In this document: positions 38,615 to 51,800 of the stretch, piece after piece | How positions within the stretch are numbered: position 1 is the first letter of the stretch | Layout: each line of letters starts with the position of its first letter | Source: Eledone cirrhosa | Taxonomy: Eukaryota | DNA: 64,000 nucleotides | Assembly (NCBI GenBank): GCA_964016885.1 | Contig: OZ024742.1 | Location: forward strand, 330,894,001-330,958,000 | Reading direction: 5' to 3' | Translations under genes and position numbers: made by a program | The notes under the pieces: model-generated | Seen by the model: only the letters and a program-made list of their open reading frames with translations | What the model was told of the DNA's origin: nothing | Databases searched by the model: none

Positions 38615-41108
38615 AACGTTTGAATATGTGTAATAAGGCCAAAACAATGCAGGTATGGACATAGAACAAATAATGCAATAGTAAAAGATATTGTTGAGAA
38701 TTTGTCTTTCATCTTGAATTTATTTAAATGTCTGTCCTTAATTTTCCAGATAATATCTCTTCTTCGGAGGGAAGTAAAGGTCTCAAACCAGCGTCTTAAA
38801 TCTCTAGCCAAGCCATGCTGACCGGAAATAGTATAGAGTATCTGTTCTAACTCTAATATCAAAGAATTAAAATTAGGTGGATAAAGAGTAGTCTCCCTTT
38901 AAGAGGGGTTTGTTTAAGGTTTTTTTTTTATTTTTATTTTATTTTATATACGTGCCTGTATATGTGTGTGGGAGAATGCATGAAGGTGTAGGTATGTGGG
39001 TGTGTGTGTGTGAGTGTGGGAAGAAAGGTCTAATCGTAAAAGTGGGGGGTAGGTGTTATCTGGTGTTAGAACTGGTTTTGTGTGTGTATGTGTGAGAAAG
39101 AATAAGTGGAGGTGTAAGCGTGTGTGTGTGCGCGTGCGTGTGTGTGGGGTGTGTAAACATGGGGCTAGAGGCCCTATCAGGTTATAAATTGGGTGTTGAG
39201 CTCTAGTCTATTATTGATTGGAGGATGTGTTTTATCTATAATAAGTGCTTCCTTAATTCTAAGATTGCCGAGGTTTCTTTCCTTAGTTTCTATCCTAACT
39301 GTTATGTTTTTATCGGTGTTTTTGCATTTAACTAGGTGTTTCTTAAATGAGAAAGCGTTAGTATTGAGGTGTTCTTTTATTCTTATGTGGAGTGGTCTGG
39401 TGGTGCTACCTACGTAGAAGTTGTTGCATTTGTCACACTCTAGTCTGTATACTACGTAAGCCTGGTGGCATAGGTCTGTGTCGTTGATGGGGCAGTTGGC
39501 TAGTCTGCAGCAGTTGTCATGTCTGGTGGAGTGTCTCTTGGCCAGCCGTCCGCGCAGAGAAGGACCCGAATGGGCCAGTTGGATATCCAGTCCCTCTCTT
39601 CTGATGGCTCTGCGGATGGCTGTTGTTGTTTCTTCACTGAAGTGTGGGAGCTTCAGGAAGCAAGTGTTAGTGCCTCGGGTGTGGTGTCCTCTGTTCTTTC
39701 TGGCACGGTTTGTGGTGGATGTCGTGTATCCGTTCAGTTTGAGTACTTCCAGGAAATGTGTGGTGTGTGTGTCTCGGTCTCTGGCGTCGGTGCATTTGTT
39801 CTTGATACGTGCCAGTTCGTTCTTTATGTATCCGAACTTGGCACCGAGTGGGAGGGCCGATCTGAAATGTACGAACAGGTCCCTGCTGGCGGATTTTTTA
39901 TAGAAGCAGGTGTGGATGTTGCTGTTCCTCTGTTACCCTGAGTTGGAAGTCCAGTAGGGATAGGGATCCGCGGTCATCGGGGTGTTCCATGCTGAACTTT
40001 ATACTGGCGTCCATGCTGGAGAATGATGTGTATATTTTCTCTGCCTCCTCACGGGATGATGTAAGGATGAGTATGTCATCTACATATCGGGTGAAGAAGG
40101 TATGGGAATGGCAGGTGTTGAGGGCTCGGCATTCTAGCTGGTTCATGTAGGTGATGGCCAGCAGGCCCGAAAGGCTGGATCCCATGGGTAATCCTGTTGT
40201 CTCTCTGTATGTGTGGTGTTGGAAGGTGACGTACGTGTTGTCTACTGTGAAGGACAAAAGCTGGTGTATGTCCGTCGGGTGGAGGCCGTAGCAGTGGATG
40301 TTCTCTGCGACCACGCAGTCCGTCAATAAATCGACAGCTGGGTGAGAGGGGACTGTAGTGTAGAGGGAGACAACGTCGAGGCTAAAAGCGTATTTATTTA
40401 GTTTAAGTTGTTCTGGCTGGAGTTGGTGTAGTCTACGTATAACTTCGTCGGAGCTACTGACATGCCCGGGGAAGGGGTAGAGTAGAGGCTTGAGGACCTG
40501 GGACAGAAGCCAGGAAATTTTGTATAGGGGTCCTTCTATGCTAGAGACGATGGTTCTTATTTGCGTCTTAGTGCTATTCTTGTGGGTCTTGATGAGGTGG
40601 TAGAAAGTGGGCAGTCTGCTATTTCTAGTGGTGTAGTTGAGTTTAACTTTATTCGGGAGTTGTCTTCTCCTACAGATATCGAACCAAATGGAGTTGGTCT
40701 GTTTTTCGATTTGGGCTGCAGTCATGTCCGGGATCACTGTGTATAATTCACTGTCGCTTAGGTGTTCGAAGGCTAGGTTATTGTATGTGGCTTGAGAGAT
40801 GACGCAGAACTCTTTACCTTTGTCGGACGGTATGTAAATAAGTTCCTTATTCCGTAGGCTCTTCAGGGCGAGTTGTTGTGTCCTGGAGAGGTTTGGGGCC
40901 ATCTTCTTCTGTTTCCGTAAGATGTTAAATACGGAATGTTTTAGTCTCGAGAGTTTTTCTTCCAGCTCGCGGTTGGCGGGCGGTGGATAGAGTGGGCGAT
41001 CTAGTTGGTATATCGGGAATCCGTGGTGTTGTTGTCGAGAGTCGATATCTATTTCAGTTGGTATAACCTCCTCCTTATCGATATCCATTTCAGTTGGTAT
41101 AACCTCCT

Positions 41109-41111
<3 letters not shown>
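38615..41111 (-). mobile_element. Second Penelope-like element (RT plus GIY-YIG), frameshifted and cut by (TA)n at the 5' side
   Basis: PSDKG, SLDVVSLYT, GLPMGSSLS, RYVDD, LSLLD; downstream VVYRLECDKCNNFYVGSTTR..RIKEH and IKEALII. Confidence 0.9.
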
Positions 41112-41185
<74 letters not shown>

Positions 41186-41262
41186 ACGAAGGAAATGTGG
41201 TAAGGAACCAGGTGGACCAAAACGCTCCACAGTACTCAATACTTAGAGTAGTAGGGTGGGTA

Positions 41263-41375
41263 ATAGGAGCGAGTAGGACCCCGGCGGTTGAGCTCAAGCT
41301 GTTTCGACGGCTAATTCAGTCCAGAATTAGCTGTCGAAACGGCTTGAGCTCAGCCGTCGGGGTCCTACTCGTTCC

Positions 41376-41378
<3 letters not shown>
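41263..41378 (+). repeat. 116-nt hairpin with a 55-bp stem and 6-nt loop
   Basis: Arms complementary apart from five G-T appositions. Confidence 0.95.
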
Positions 41379-41408
<30 letters not shown>

Positions 41409-42083
41409 GCAACCGGAAAACAGAATAACGAAGTAAACTTATTAGTGCAATAAATAAGCTTGATATTGTAGGAAAAGTGTATTAACGTTCTAGACACTAG
41501 TCCATCACCAGAAAATAGAATGAGAAATAAATAAATAAATAGAAAAATAGAGGAGATTGGGAAATGGCAGAAATGAAAAAAAAATTGTCTTTCAGGAAAA
41601 GGAACAGGTTTTATTAGCTCACCTATCTTGGAAAACTATATAAAACCTATATATACTATTCGTCCCTGATTATGGACGGATATGGTATATAGGACGAATA
41701 TAGTATAATATTTCCTCAATTCATCCTTTGGCTACAATTCCACTGATGTAAATAGAATCCCTTCCATTTGAGTATCATTGTTAAGAAGATCGCTGGAAAT
41801 CAACGTATTTGATATTATCTGTTTTCGGATACAGTATATTAAATGTTTCCAATTTAACCAGAACTGATAACATTCGGCTCGAATTTTTTTCTCTCTCAAT
41901 TACTAATGATGGCTTTGCTTCATTCAAAATATTGATTTGAGAACGTTTATTTGTCCTATTTTTATTTTTATATATATCTAATACAGTGTTATTTGGTTTG
42001 CCGTTTGATCTTAAATGTTCCCACGCACAATACATCCAATCCGGCGCCTAAATTAAAGTTTGGTTAACGAAAGATGATCAAGA

Positions 42084-42084
<1 letters not shown>

Positions 42085-42146
<62 letters not shown>
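42085..42146 (+). repeat. (AAT)n, left edge of the right-hand array
   Basis: Seen directly. Confidence 0.97.
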
Positions 42147-42147
<1 letters not shown>

Positions 42148-44608
42148 GTTCGACAACAACCAGAAGATGCTATTTGGACAGCTTGAGGGGAAAGAAAGAG
42201 CCAACGACTTGATCCCTGGGGCGGAACAAGCTAAAACATTCTGGAGAGGAATATGGGAGCAGGATGTTAGACACAATGCCCAGGCAGGGTGGATTGAGAC
42301 AGTACAGAGGGAGATCGGTGAGCAGGCACAGCAACAGACTGATTTGAGTATCACAGTTGAAACTCTTAAGGGGCAAGCCAAAAAACTAACCAACTGGAAA
42401 TCACCAGGCCCAGATGGTGTGCAGGGGTATTGGATTAAACATTTAACATCCCTCCACCCGAAGCTGACGGCCATGTTCAATGACTGCTTGGTGTCGGGTG
42501 AGGTGCCAGAGTGGTTGACAAAAGGTACCACAGTTCTGATAATGAAAGACCGAATCAAGGGTAATGATGTTACCAACTATAAACCTATCACATGTCTGCC
42601 CGTAATGTGGAAACTGTTGACGAGCATTGTGTCTGAGGAAATCTACCATCACCTCCACACAAACAACTTGTTGCCGGACGAACAGAAAGGATGCCGAAAG
42701 AAGTCACGTGGTACAAAGGACCAGTTGCTTATTGATAAGATGGTAATGGGGAATTGCAGGAGGAAACAAACTGATCTTGCCATGGGATGGATATACTACA
42801 GAAAGGCATTTGACATGGTGCCTCATTCCTGGATCACCAAAAGCCTCGAGTTCTTCAGGGTGGCAGATAACATCAGACAGTTGCTGGGCAGGAGTATGGG
42901 GTCCTGGGAGACAGAGTTGACATCAACTGGAGTATCCTTGGGAAGCGTGAAGATCAAGAGAGGTATCTTCCAGGGAGATAGCCTGTCCCCTCTGTTGTTT
43001 GTCCTTGCCCTGATGCCCTTGACCATTATGCTGCGAAAAGTGAGAGCAGGATACAAGTTGGGAAGGGGAGAGCTTACCATCAATCACCTCCTCTTCATGG
43101 ACGATCTTAAGCTCTTCGGGAAAAGTGAGAAGGAGTTGGATGTGCTTGTTGACACTGTCCGTATTTTCAGCAGTGATATATGTATGCAGTTTGGTATTGG
43201 TAAATGTGGAGTCATTGTGATGAGGAGGGGTAGGTTGAGCAGAAGTAACGGGATCCAGATACCAACAGGTGAGATGATAAAGGAAATTGACTCTGAGGAA
43301 GGATACAAGTATTTGGGCGTTCTGGAGGCTGATGGCATAAAGAACAAAAAAATGAAGGAATTGTTAAGAACTGAATACATTCGGAGAGTAAGGAGCGTAT
43401 TGAAGTCACATCTGAACAGCAGAAATGCCATAAGCGCAGTAAATTCCCGAGCTGTGTCTATTATTAGGTACAGTGCGGGAATTCTGAGATGGAATGTTGC
43501 TGAACAAAAAGAAATGGATAGGAAGACTAGGAAGCTATTGACTATCTACAACATGTTCCACAAGAGGAGTGATGTCGATAGACTCTACCTAAGGAGATCT
43601 GAGGGTGGAAGAGGTCTTATCAGCATAGAGGACTGTGTTCAGATGGAGAAAAACAACCTATACAAATACGTGACCTATAGTAAGGAGCCAATGCTCAGAG
43701 CTGTACTGAAGGAGGGGACAGTAGGCCAGGGGATACCCAAGGAGGAAATAACATCAAGGAGGAAGAGCAGCCTTAAGGGAAAATCCCTTCATAGTACCTT
43801 CTTTGAGAAAACTGAATTTAGAGATCCACAGACATGGAACTGGTTGAGAAGAGGAGACCTCAAAAAGGCTACAGAAGGAATGCTAATGGCTGCGCAGGAG
43901 CAGGCCCTCAAAACGAAGTGGTTGAAGCACCATATCTACAAGGAGGAGGCTAGCCCACTGTGCAGGATCTGTGGAGAGAGAGAGGAGACTGTGGCTCACA
44001 TTGTGTCCGAGTGTAAACACCTAGCCCAGACCCACTATAAGGGCTGGAGACACGATGTGATGGGCAGGGTGATCCACTGGCACCTGTGCAAAGTAAACAA
44101 TCTACCACATTCTGAGAAATGGTATGAGCATAGGCCAGAGGCGGTGATGGAGAACAGTCAGGTGAAGGTGCTGTGGGATTTTAGGATACAGACGGACAAA
44201 AAACTGGAACACAATAGACCTGACCTGGTGGTTGTGGACAAAGAAAAAAGATCGTGCCTGATTGTGAATGTGGCCTGCCCGTTCGACACGAGAGTGCAAG
44301 AGAAGGAGAGGGAGAAAATTAACCGATACCAGGACCTAAAGTGGGAGGTGAAAAGGATTTGGAACTGCCATGAAGTCAAAGTGATCCCGATTGTCATAGG
44401 CGCACTGGGGACTATCTCCAAAGGTTTCCAGGGATGGTTAAAGAAAATCGGCCCCTTCACGCTTTTTGGAACGCTTCAAAAGGCATGCTTGCTTGGAACG
44501 GCAAGAACCCTCCGATACGTCCTGAATATCTGAGGCTGCAGGTAGTGGCTTGATATTCAATCCAACGGACTTTCCAGTTAACCAACATCAATGACTGAGA
44601 TTCAAGGA
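42147..44608 (+). mobile_element. 5'-truncated young Dong copy; open frame 42167-44533 with catalytic substitutions
   Basis: Nearly identical to 7205-10597, but WIDY is WIYY and IVDVA is IVNVA. Confidence 0.96.
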
Positions 44609-44619
44609 ATAACAATGGC

Positions 44620-44655
<36 letters not shown>

Positions 44656-44866
44656 GGCGCACTGGGGACTATCTCCAAACGTTTCCAGGGATGGTTAAAG
44701 AAAATCGGCCCCTTCACGCTTTTTGGAACGCTTCAAAAGGCATGCTTGCTTGGAACAGCAAGAACCCTCCGATACGTCCTGAATATCTGAGGCTGCAGGT
44801 AGTGGCTTGATATTCAATCTAACGGACTTTCCAGTTAACCAACATCAATGACTGTGATTCAAGGAA
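44656..44866 (+). mobile_element. About 210-bp 3'-terminal Dong fragment, young subfamily
   Basis: Repeats 44398-44608; flanked by (AAT)n. Confidence 0.93.
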
Positions 44867-44871
44867 TAACA

Positions 44872-44902
<31 letters not shown>

Positions 44903-44906
<4 letters not shown>

Positions 44907-47900
44907 AAAAGGAGAAAAAACAAAAATCAAAATCAAAGCAGCACAGCAACAAAAAAAGAACAAAAAACAAAAAAAACGTAAAGAGAATAAGAATGAAGAG
45001 AGAACCAAACGGACGGACAGAGAAAGGAAGGGAAAAACTAAGTCAGACATTCGAACACTACATTACAATGAAACTTATGCATATTCATTTTTTTTTTTTC
45101 TGCCTGTTTGTTTGTTTGTTTATTTGTGTTCGTCTACAGCGTGATAATGCCACATAAGAGCCACGTGGAGTGACGCAACCACCGGAGGCGGCGAATCCAC
45201 CGGTGGTTATGTAACCATACATTCGCCAATCCTCGATAAGAGTGTTTAAATGTCGAACCTAAACAGTTCCAATAACGGTGAAATGGAGACTAGAACATCA
45301 TGTGACAGACTCTCACCCAACAGGTGCTCCCTGGCTCAGCTGCAGGGACCTGGCTGTCAACCAAATACTGCTGGTGTCGGAGGAAGAAGAAGAAGGAAAG
45401 GGACCAGAACCAACTGGACGAAAGAATTGAATAGAACTGTTATGCAATGTTACCTGGAAAGTAACACCAAGGAGAGGGGCTAGAGGAAACGGATGCATAA
45501 CATCTGGAACGAGATTGGTCTATTTAAATTAGATAAACAAAAATTGGCCGGGCAGGCTCGGGTAATAAGAACTAATGGGTGGATAAGCGAGCTGGAACTG
45601 GAGGAACTGAGCAGAGAGATTGGCTTGGAGATGGAGGGTGGGGTATGTCAGGCAAACGAGCCAGTGGGAAATGAAGGTGAAGTGGTCGAGAGAACGGAGG
45701 AACCACCCGAAGCAGACAATGATCTGAATACTGAGATAAATAATACCTGGAACAGAGATACGGCCACTGAGGAGATGAATGCTGACGGGCTAGGACAAGA
45801 TTTGGTTGATATCCTAAATTTAGTGGAAGATGAATTGAACAATGATAGTGGGAGACCTATGAACCTAAGATTTGTAGACAGGAAAAAGTTAAAAGAAACA
45901 ACAGCTAAGGTAAACAAAGTCATCCCATACCTTGAGGCGAGGAACCTTCACCAGTGCAACAATATCCTCAAAGCAACAGCAAATACGGTGAGGAAACTAG
46001 TTGGTATAAAGGCGAGAGGAAACAACAAACAAGAAAGAGCAGAGCCTTGGTAGAAGAAACGACTGAGTGGTCAAATCAGGGAAATGAGAAATGACATTGG
46101 AAAGCTTGAGTCCCTACTAAATGGGACACTAAAAAACATAGACACTAAAAATAGACTGGACATAAAGTACAAAACTAGGAGGAAAAAGCTAAATATTACC
46201 ATAGAGGAACTGAAGCAACGCATTGTAGCAAAGAGTACAAAAATCAGGCGATACGAGAACAGAGTCAGTCAGTATAAATAGAACCGCATGTTTGACAACA
46301 ACCAGAAGATGCTGCTTGGCCAGCTTGAAGGGAAAGAAAGAGCCAACGACTTGATCCCTGAGGGGGAACAAACTAAAACATTCTGGAGAGGAATATGGGA
46401 GCAGGATGTTAGACATAATGACCAGGCAGTGTGGATTGAGACAGTACAGAAGGAGATCAGTGAACAGGCACACCAACAAACTAATTTGAGTATCACAGTT
46501 GAAACTCTTAAGGGGCAGGCCAAAAAACTAACCAACTGGAAATCACCAGGCCCAGATGGTGTGCAGGGGTATTGGATTAAAAATATAACATCCCTCCACC
46601 CGAAACAGACAACCATGTTCAATGACAGCTTGATGTCAGGTGAGGTACCAGAGTGGTTGACAAAAGGGACCACAGTTCTGATTATGAAAGACCGAATCAA
46701 GGGTAATGATGTTACCAACTATAGACCTATCACATGTGTGTCCGTAATGTGGAAACTGTTGACGAGCATTGTGTCTGAGGAAATCTACCATCACCTCCAC
46801 ACAAAAAACTTGTTACCGGACGAACAGAAAGGATGCCGAAAGAAGTCACGTGGTACAAAGGACCAGTTACTTATTGATAAGATGGTAATGGGGAATTGCA
46901 GGAGGAGACACAGTGATTTTGCCATGGGATGGATAGATTACAGAAAGTCATTTGACATGGTGCCTCATTCTTGGATCACCAAAAGCCTGTAGATCTTCAA
47001 GGTGGCAGATAACATCAGACAGTGGTTGGGCAAAAGTATGAGGTCCTGGGAAACAGAGTTAGCATCAACTGTAGAATCCTTGGGAAGCTTGAAGATCAAG
47101 AGAGGGATCTTCCAGGGTGATAGTCTGTCCCCTCTGTTGTTTGTCCTTGCCCTGATGCCCCTAACCAGTGTACTGCGAAAAGTTAGAGCAGGATGCAGGT
47201 TGGGAAAGGGAGGGCTTACCATCAATCACCTCCTCTTCATGGACGATCTTAAGCTCTTCGGGAAGAGTGAGAAGGAGTTGGATGTGCTTGTTGACACTGT
47301 CCGTATTTTCAGCAGTGATATATGTATGCACTTTGGTATTAGTAAGCGTGGAATCATTGTGATGAGGAGGGGTAGGTTGAGCAGAAGTAACGGAATCCAG
47401 ATACCAACAGGTGAGATGATAAAGGACATTGACTCTGAGGAAGGATACAAGTATTTGGGCGTTCTGGAGGCTGATGGCATAAAGAACAAAAAAATGAAGG
47501 AATTGTTTAGAACTGAATACATTCGGAGATTAAGGAGCGTATTAAAGTCCCATCTGAACAGTAGGAATGCCATAAGTGTGTCTATTATTAGGTACAGTGC
47601 GGGAAATCTGAGATGGAATGTTGCTGAACAAAAAGAAATGGATAGGAAAACTAGGAAGCTATTGACTATCTACAACATGTTCCACAAGAGGAGTGATGTC
47701 GATATACTCTACTGAAGGAGATCTGAAGGTGGAATAGGTCTTATCAACATACAGGACTGTGTTCAGATGGAGAAAAAACAACCTACACAAATACGTGACT
47801 GATAGTAAGGAGCCAATGCTCAGAACTGTACTGAAGGAGAGGACAATAGACCAGGGGATGTCCAAGGAGGAAATAACAACAAGGAGAAAGAGCAGCCTTC

Positions 47901-48736
47901 AGGAAAAATCCCTTCATAGTACCTTCTTTGAGAAAACGGAATTCAGATATCCACAGACATGGAACTGGTTGAAAAGAGGAGACCTTAAAAAGGCTACAGA
48001 AGGAATGTTAATGGCTGCGCAAGAGCAGGCCCTCAAAACGAAGTGGTTGAAACACCATATTTACAAGGAGGAGGCTAGCCCACTGTGCAGGATCTGTGGA
48101 GAGAGAGAGGAAACTGTGGCTCACATTGTATCCGAGTGTAAATACCTAGCCCGGACTCACTATAAGGGCTGGAGATATGATGTGATGGGCAGGGTGATCC
48201 ACTGGCACCTATGCAAATTAAACAATTTACAACATTCTGGGAAGTGGTATGAGCATAAGCCGGAGTCGGTGATAGAAAACGATCAGGTGAAGGTGCTGTG
48301 GGATTTTAGGATACAGACGGACAAGAAACTGGAACACAATAGACCTGACCTGGTGGTTGTGGACAAAGAAAAAGTATCGTTCCTGATTGTGGATGTGGCC
48401 TGCCCATTCGACACGAGAGTGCAAGAGAAGGAGAGGGAGAACATTAACCGATACCAGGACTTAAAGTGGGAGGTAAAAAGGATTTGGAACTGCCATGAAG
48501 TCAAAGTGGTCCCGATTGTCATAGGCGCACTAGGTACTATCTTAAACAATTTCCAGGGATGGTTAAAGAAAATTGGCCCCTTCACGCTTTTTGGAACGCT
48601 TCAAAAGGCATGCTTGCTGGGAACAGCAAGAACCCTCCGATACGTCCTGAATATCTGAGGCTGCAGGTAGTGGCTTGATATTCATTTCAACAAACTTTCC
48701 AGTTAACTAACATCAATGACTGAGACTCAAAGAGTA
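44903..48736 (+). mobile_element. Near full-length Dong copy with multiple stops (ORF about 45283-48658)
   Basis: Collinear ORF fragments and proximal 5' UTR. Confidence 0.94.
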
Positions 48737-48741
48737 ATAAC

Positions 48742-48837
<96 letters not shown>
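48737..48837 (+). repeat. (AAT)n spacer
   Basis: Seen directly. Confidence 0.97.
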
Positions 48838-48838
<1 letters not shown>

Positions 48839-51800
48839 TTTCCTTTATTAACCACAAGGGTTCACATAAAGTAGACATTAAGGACAGTACAGGACGGTAC
48901 AAATGGGCATTTCTGCGTGTAAAAAAAAACAGAGGTTGAAATAAAATAACAAAGAAAAATTCCCCAATAGGGGGGAGACTTCCAAGGGACATTTGTGGAG
49001 AAAGCCCATTAAAAGACCACAGTGGCCCTGACCACCAGGGCAAGTGCCCTCTCCCAGTTTTCCACCTTTAATTTACAGACACATACTCAGAGAAGGCCCA
49101 TTCATTCGGGCCATACTTGCTTCTCTCACCCATCTTTCAACAAAATGCTGGGAAGAGAGCACTTCCCTCTCTACCCTGATTTTCCTTTTCAAATGAAATT
49201 TGAAAAAGTTAATCAGGGCATCACCGAAGAGGTAAGTGCTCGTCTTCAGCCCTTTCAAACGTGTCCACCATACTATCTCTTTCGCCATGGCCACCAGACA
49301 GATAAAAACTGAACTGCCCTTCCAGGCTAAAGGAAGGGGGCGGGGCAATCCTCACGATGGACTCAGCTGATAGCTGGATCCGTCCTACACGTGACAGCAG
49401 GTGTTCGACATACACCCACAAGTTAGCAATGCTCGGACACTGGACGAGTGCGTGCAGGACGGTTTCGTCGCCCTGCGCGCATCTCGGACATGCCCGGCTG
49501 ACGGCACCTCCATGCCTGTAGAGTTTATCCCGAACTGGCAAAGCTCCTCGGTAGCACTGCCAGGTCAGGGATTTCTGGAAGTTGTCCATAGGCCCCGGCC
49601 CGAAAGTCCTTCCGAAGAGATTGGCTAGTTGATTTTCGTCGACGCCTAGAGTTTCTCCAAGTACGTCGTCGCTCTTCCCCTCCACTAATCCCCTATAGAA
49701 CGCCAAGGTGGAGTTTCCACCGATCACATTGCCCGATTGGTCGAGGGCTGTGAGCGCCTGAAGACATTCCAGTCTCCAAGCGCTCCCTCTCGGTCTTCGC
49801 TTGACCCAGGACTGCAGCTCCGTCAAGGAGACGAGCTGGGAAAGAACGTGTCTTGCAAACGGCGACCACACCTGATCACCGTCGACGAAGAGGTGGAGAT
49901 GTCGTAGCCTGAGCGCGTGTCTGCGCATCATCAGCCACGGTATGCCCAGCCCTCCACGTAGCGGGTGTTGACAGCAGATGGACCGCCTGGCCATCGGAGC
50001 GCGTCCCTTCCCCAAGAAGCGAAAGAGCAAACGCTCCAGCGCAGTCAGGCGGGGCTTAGGACAAGGTACGACGGTCAGGCGGTAGTAGATGACGGATGCG
50101 ATGTACGCATTCGCCACCTCCGCTCGACCTTTCAGGGATAGCTTCCTCTCGGCCCATTTCTGGGTGAGAGAAGCCACCCTGCTCGTCACCTCGTCCCAGT
50201 TTTTGTCCGTCTGGAGGTCTGGACCGAACCAGACCCCTAGCAATTTAACCGGTCCGTCCGTCCAGCGCCCGACGACGCTGTTGGACGGCATGGACCTGCC
50301 TCTCCAGGTGCCGAGCTGCAGGCCCACTGACTTTTCCTGGTTGATCATTGCTCCTGTCACCGCTTCGTATTCTCTTAGTGTAGTGCCGATCGCCTCGATG
50401 TGTTTGGCGTTCGACACCACTACGGTGACATCGTCGGCATATGCTGACACGGATCTTCCGCATCCTAGTTCGCGCGGGACCCCCTCAACGTCTCCAGTTT
50501 GTGCAGTAATGGCTCGAGAGTCAATACGTACAATAGGGACGAGAGGGGACATCCTTGGCGGACCGAGCGCATGATGTTGAACGGTTCCGAAAGGTGACCG
50601 TTCACTCTCACTACAGAGCAGATGTCGCTGTGCATGGCAGCGATCCAGCCTCTGAAGACGGGCCCAAAGCCATCCGCCCTCAGGACTGCCGTTAGGTAAC
50701 GATGGTCGACCCTATCGAAGGCTTTCGACTGATCTAAATTGATCAAAGACCCACCCGTGCCAGGTTCCCTAGCTACCCTCTCTACGATGTATCGCATGAG
50801 GTGGAGGTTGTCGTGGATGGATCTGTCGGGAATGGCGCATGTCTGTGCCTCTCCCACCAGACCACCAACGACAAGCGCCAACCTCTTTGCTAGCACCTTG
50901 GCCAAAATCTTGAACTCTGTGTTTAGCAGAGTTATGGGCCTAAAATTATCTATGTTATCCCCCTTGTTCGGATCCTTTCTCAGCAGCGCCACCGCTCCTC
51001 GGCTCACAGAGCTGGGAATTCTCCCGTTCTGTTGCCAGTTGCAGTAGACGTCCGCCAAGAGGCCTCCGAACAAGTTTGGCATTTGTACGTAAAGTTCATA
51101 GGGCAGACCATCCAAACCAGGCGATTTACCCCTTGTGCAACTAGTCATTGCATCCCGTACTTCAGCGGTTGTTATCGGCTTTTCGCAACACTCCGCCTCA
51201 GTGGCCGAAAGCCGCGGCAGTCCGTCGAGGTAGACACTAAAGTCCATCCCTCGATCCAGCCCGCCACTGCCCCCGAACAGTTGAGCGAAGTGTCGCTGAA
51301 AAGCTTCACACATTTGCCCGGGATCGAGTAGCATGCGCCCGTGGTGGTGCACCAAAGACCGGATCGTGGCTTTGTTGCCATGACGCGCCTCCGCCACTCG
51401 GGCCCATTGAACGGCTTTCGTCCCCTCGTGTCTGAGAGCACGCACCCTAGCTCTGACAACGCAGCCTTCGTGCATTGCATTGAAGAATTGGTCAAGGGCC
51501 AATTTCGCCGCAAGTACGTCGGTCGCGATGCCTTTGCTAAGCGCCTCATCTAATTTTCTAACTAATTCTCCCTCTGCTCTATTTTTCTCTATTGCTAAAG
51601 TCTTACTAAACCTAATGGACTCTATTCTAATTGCTCTTTTCAGAGCAAACCACCACTTGTTGTTGACGATGGCCCCCGTCAACGCCCGCTTAACTAGTTC
51701 GCTAATCCGGTCTCTGTAGGCCTTGCGCGCTGGTAAGGACGCGTTTAACTTCCAGTAGCCGGGTCCTCGTCTATGAAGCCTATCTAAGTCAAGCACACAG

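Noticed and set aside
38735-38770. Hammerhead-like remnant in the second PLE 3' region
   Set aside because: Core reads CCGAAGA and the stem II/GAAA junction is altered; too degenerate to call
37246-38862. 538-aa ORF read as one protein
   Set aside because: Its N-terminus runs through PLE 3' sequence and a (TA)n tract; only 38578 downward is RTE coding
39898-41220. 440-aa ORF with IYIY N-terminus
   Set aside because: The start lies beyond a (TA)n tract; the true PLE start is missing
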